64,000 nucleotides of DNA from Flavobacteriales bacterium (GTDB lineage Bacteria > Bacteroidota > Bacteroidia > Flavobacteriales_F > PHOS-HE28), in NCBI GenBank assembly GCA_041747675.1, contig JBGTES010000008.1:2779-66778 (forward strand), in the 5' to 3' direction. The notes under the pieces are model-generated. The model did no database searches. It was not told the origin of the DNA and worked only from the letters and a program-made list of their open reading frames with translations. Position numbers and translations under genes: made by a program. Of this stretch, positions 61,341 through 64,000 are shown piece by piece. Position 1 is the stretch's first letter; each line of letters begins with the position of its first letter.

Positions 61341-63032
61341 ATGGCAGAAGAAGGACGTCAGATCATATTCAACATGGTGAAGGTGGGGAAGACCCTGCCT
61401 TCCGGGAAGAAGATCCTCAACGACATCTACCTCGGTTTTTATTACGGGGCCAAGATCGGCATCCTGGGTCTCAACGGCTCGGGCAAATCCACGCTCATGC
61501 GGATCATCGCGGGGCGGGACAAGGAATATGATGGCGAGGTACACCTGAGCCCCGGCTATACCATCGGCCACCTGGAGCAGGAGCCCGAGCTGGACGAGAG
61601 CAAGACCGTGATCGAGATCGTGCGCGAGGGTGTGCAGCCCATCATGGATCTACTGAAGGAGTATGAGGACGTGAACAACAAGTTCGCCGACGAGGACATC
61701 CTGAACGACCCCGACAAGATGGACAAGCTCATCGCGCGGCAAGGCGTGTTGCAGGACCAGATCGAAGCCAGCGGCGCATGGGAGATCGACCAGAAACTGG
61801 ACATCGCCATGGATGCCTTGCGCTGCCCGGAGCCCGACCATAAGATCAGCGTCCTTTCCGGTGGTGAGCGCCGCCGCGTGGCCCTGTGCCGCCTGCTGTT
61901 GCAAGCACCGGACATCCTGCTGCTGGACGAACCCACCAACCACCTGGATGCCGAGAGCGTGGCATGGCTGGAACACCACCTCGCCGAGTATAAAGGCACT
62001 GTGATCGCGATCACCCACGACCGTTACTTCCTGGACAATGTGGCGGGCTGGATCCTGGAACTGGATAGGGGAGAAGGCATTCCGTACAAGGGCAACTATA
62101 CCAACTGGCTGGAGCAAAAGACCGCCCGTTTGTCGATGGAAGAGAAGGTCGAGAGCAAACGCAACCGCATTCTGAAACAGGAATTGGAGTGGGTGCGCAG
62201 CAACGCCAAGGCCCGCCGCACCAAGAGCAAGGCCCGCCTGCAGAACTACGAGAAGATGCAGGGCGAGAGCGTGAAAGAGAAGGAAGCAAAGCTGGAGATC
62301 TTCATCCCGAATGGCCCGCGCCTGGGCGACAAGGTCATCGAGTTCAAGGACGTGAGCAAGGGCTACGGCGACCGATTGCTCATCGACAACCTCAGCTTCG
62401 CATTGCCGCCTGCGGGCATCGTGGGCATCATCGGCCCCAACGGCGCGGGCAAGACCACCCTGTTCCGCATGATCATGGGACAGGAAAAGCCGGACAGCGG
62501 CAAGATCACCATCGGGGAAACCGTGCAGCTTGCCTACGTGGACCAGAGCCACGACGATCTGCTGCCGGAGAAGAGCGTCTATGAGGTGCTCACCCATGGC
62601 GCCGAGGCGATGATGATCGGTGGCACACAGGTGAACAGCCGCGCCTACCTCAGCCGATTCAATTTCAGTGGTACCGATCAGAGCAAGAAGGTGGGCGTGC
62701 TCAGCGGCGGTGAGCGCAACCGCCTGCACCTGGCCATGACGTTGAAGCAGGGCAGCAACGTGCTTCTTCTGGACGAACCCACCAACGATCTGGATGTGAA
62801 CACCCTGCGCGCCTTGGAGGAAGCCATCCAGGACTACAGTGGCTGCGCCGTGATCATCAGCCACGACCGCTGGTTCCTGGACCGCGTATGCACCCACATC
62901 CTCGCCTTCGAAGGCGACAGCAAGGTGTACTGGTTCGAGGGTGGCTTCAGCGACTACGAGGAGAACTACAAGAAGCGTGTGGGGGATATCATTCCGCACA
63001 GGCTGAAGTACAAGAAGCTGGTGCGGGGGTGA
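61341..63032 (+). CDS. ettA: ABC-F translational throttle ATPase EttA
   Basis: Start is MAEEGRQIIFNMVKVGKTLPSGKKILNDIYLGFYYGAKIGILGLNGSGKSTL. There are two ABC cassettes (Walker A GLNGSGKST and GPNGAGKTT; signatures LSGGERRRV and LSGGERNRL). Length is about 563 aa. Confidence 0.93.
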   Translation: MAEEGRQIIFNMVKVGKTLPSGKKILNDIYLGFYYGAKIGILGLNGSGKSTLMRIIAGRDKEYDGEVHLSPGYTIGHLEQEPELDESKTVIEIVREGVQPIMDLLKEYEDVNNKFADEDILNDPDKMDKLIARQGVLQDQIEASGAWEIDQKLDIAMDALRCPEPDHKISVLSGGERRRVALCRLLLQAPDILLLDEPTNHLDAESVAWLEHHLAEYKGTVIAITHDRYFLDNVAGWILELDRGEGIPYKGNYTNWLEQKTARLSMEEKVESKRNRILKQELEWVRSNAKARRTKSKARLQNYEKMQGESVKEKEAKLEIFIPNGPRLGDKVIEFKDVSKGYGDRLLIDNLSFALPPAGIVGIIGPNGAGKTTLFRMIMGQEKPDSGKITIGETVQLAYVDQSHDDLLPEKSVYEVLTHGAEAMMIGGTQVNSRAYLSRFNFSGTDQSKKVGVLSGGERNRLHLAMTLKQGSNVLLLDEPTNDLDVNTLRALEEAIQDYSGCAVIISHDRWFLDRVCTHILAFEGDSKVYWFEGGFSDYEENYKKRVGDIIPHRLKYKKLVRG

Positions 63033-63069
63033 GCGTACATCCCAACCTTGCAACGCCGACCTTTGTATC

Positions 63070-63588
63070 ATGCAAAAGGTCCTCCCGCTCGGCAGTACGT
63101 TGATCGCGGCGCTCCTACCATTCCTTTCGATCTCACAAGAATCATTGGATCGTCACACCTTCCTCTCCATGGCCATGGTGGTCACCGATCAGGAGCGATT
63201 CTCCCAGGCCTTCATGGGATCGGCGGATCATGCCGGGCCCGTGCTTTGGGTGCGCATCCCATCTGAGATCACTGATATCAGCTCCGGGGAGGTGATCGAA
63301 AGAAAGGGACGCCATGGACTCGTGGTCATAGCGCATGAGACTCATCTACTCTTCCATAATGTCCCGCTCCAGTTGGTATTCCGGGATCTCAGTACGGATG
63401 CGGGTGGCTACACGGCACACTTCAGAACCCACGGCCATGTGGATGCCGCAGCGAACATTCCAATGATCAAGGGGAACGTTTGGTTCCCCATGTTCGACGG
63501 ATCGGGCCCGGCGCGCGTGGAATTCCAGGAGGCGTCTGGAAGGGAGAAACGCCAGGGGCGTGCACGCCTGCGGCTGCGTGCCCGGTAA
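63070..63588 (+). CDS. Hypothetical secreted protein
   Basis: Signal is MQKVLPLGSTLIAALLPFLSISQ. I recognise no family. The C-terminus is Arg-rich. Confidence 0.5.
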   Translation: MQKVLPLGSTLIAALLPFLSISQESLDRHTFLSMAMVVTDQERFSQAFMGSADHAGPVLWVRIPSEITDISSGEVIERKGRHGLVVIAHETHLLFHNVPLQLVFRDLSTDAGGYTAHFRTHGHVDAAANIPMIKGNVWFPMFDGSGPARVEFQEASGREKRQGRARLRLRAR

Positions 63589-63608
63589 GCGCGCAAGACC
63601 GATCATCC

Positions 63609-63812
63609 TCAGGGCGAGATCCGGTTGACGTTCTCGTAGATCGGTGTGGGGGCGGGAGCCCGGCGGTCATCCCCGTTGCTGCGGATAATGCTGTACATCA
63701 CACCGGCCATGATGAGGAGGAACAGAACGATGGCCAGCGGATGATACGCGGACGCGGGATCTTTTCGGTATGCGTGGCTTCGCTCATGGCCGGTGTTCAC
63801 GGCAAGGCCCAT
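63609..63812 (-). CDS. Possible small single-TM protein
   Basis: It has one clear TM segment (HPLAIVLFLLIMAGVMYSII). The start is ambiguous (63812 or 63869), and I recognise no homology. Confidence 0.3.
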   Translation of the reverse strand: MGLAVNTGHERSHAYRKDPASAYHPLAIVLFLLIMAGVMYSIIRSNGDDRRAPAPTPIYENVNRISP

Positions 63813-63935
63813 GCAAGATCCTCTCGCGCTGCATTCCGGGCGCGGATGCTGCCCCGGAGTCTTACGCAACTGGGGCGAGATCTCCCCGTTGGGGGCGGTG
63901 ATCGGGGTCGGAAGGATGCTTCCGACCTTTGGCCC

Positions 63936-64000
63936 ATGCGCTTATCGATCATGATCCCGTTACTGGCCGGTATGTCACTTCAGGCACAGCAATGGAATTG
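63936..64000 (+). CDS. Partial CDS (5' end only), signal-peptide-like start
   Basis: The ATG at 63936 reads MRLSIMIPLLAGMSLQAQQWN... and runs off the right edge of the window. Confidence 0.35.
   Translation, partial: MRLSIMIPLLAGMSLQAQQWN

Noticed and set aside
63907-63926. An 8-bp hairpin, GTCGGAAG-GATG-CTTCCGAC, lies near the right edge of the window.
   Set aside because: It is isolated, has a weak T-tract and is not clearly downstream of any confident gene, so I cannot assign a role.
1-64000. I looked for CRISPR arrays, rRNA genes, IS elements, transposases, integrases and recognisable defence systems (RM, TA, CBASS, retron-like RT, Cas).
   Set aside because: No spaced direct-repeat arrays, transposase or integrase motifs, reverse-transcriptase motifs or restriction/methylase signatures were seen while reading the ORF translations. 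The only mobile-looking item is the GIY-YIG/tRNA duplication, which is reported separately.

Overview
This is a gene-dense, high-GC segment (about 60% judged by eye, not computed) that looks like a Bacteroidota chromosome. The lineage call rests on seven proteins ending in T9SS-type C-terminal sorting domains ([YF]PNP... tails), a TonB-dependent receptor paired with a DUF4249 lipoprotein, TPR sensor kinases, a PadR-PspC pair, and a small GIY-YIG gene beside a tRNA. I call about 55 protein genes, 2 tRNAs (Pro-GGG, Arg-CCG), 1 decayed tRNA-like copy, 1 probable gene remnant and several hairpins or palindromes.

Housekeeping anchors are trxB, typA/bipA, ettA, a fused 2-oxoacid dehydrogenase E1 alpha/beta, an M1 aminopeptidase and an Hsp15-like S4 protein. 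The largest block (39.8-52.1 kb) is cell-envelope genes: a GtrB-like GT2 with a polytopic membrane protein, two L,D-transpeptidases, and an MBOAT + 2 SGNH + LysM/SLT cluster. I found no rRNA, CRISPR array, transposase, integrase or recognisable defence system.

The most unusual items are:
- A two-component operon (12.3-16.9 kb) whose response regulator and TPR kinase are separated by two uncharacterised genes, a basic-tailed protein and a Cys-rich secreted HEXXH protein. NarL-like 7-2-7 motifs sit at both ends of the operon.
- A GIY-YIG gene bracketed by a 60-nt duplication of the tRNA-Pro 3' end plus its terminator hairpin.
- An ~87-bp composite inverted repeat built from four copies of a 12-mer, inside the MBOAT/SGNH cluster.
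- Redox proteins (cupredoxin, TlpA-like thioredoxin) fused to T9SS sorting domains.

All family assignments come from motif recognition by eye; no database search or structure prediction was run. Many ORF-track entries are antisense shadow ORFs typical of high-GC DNA and were ignored.
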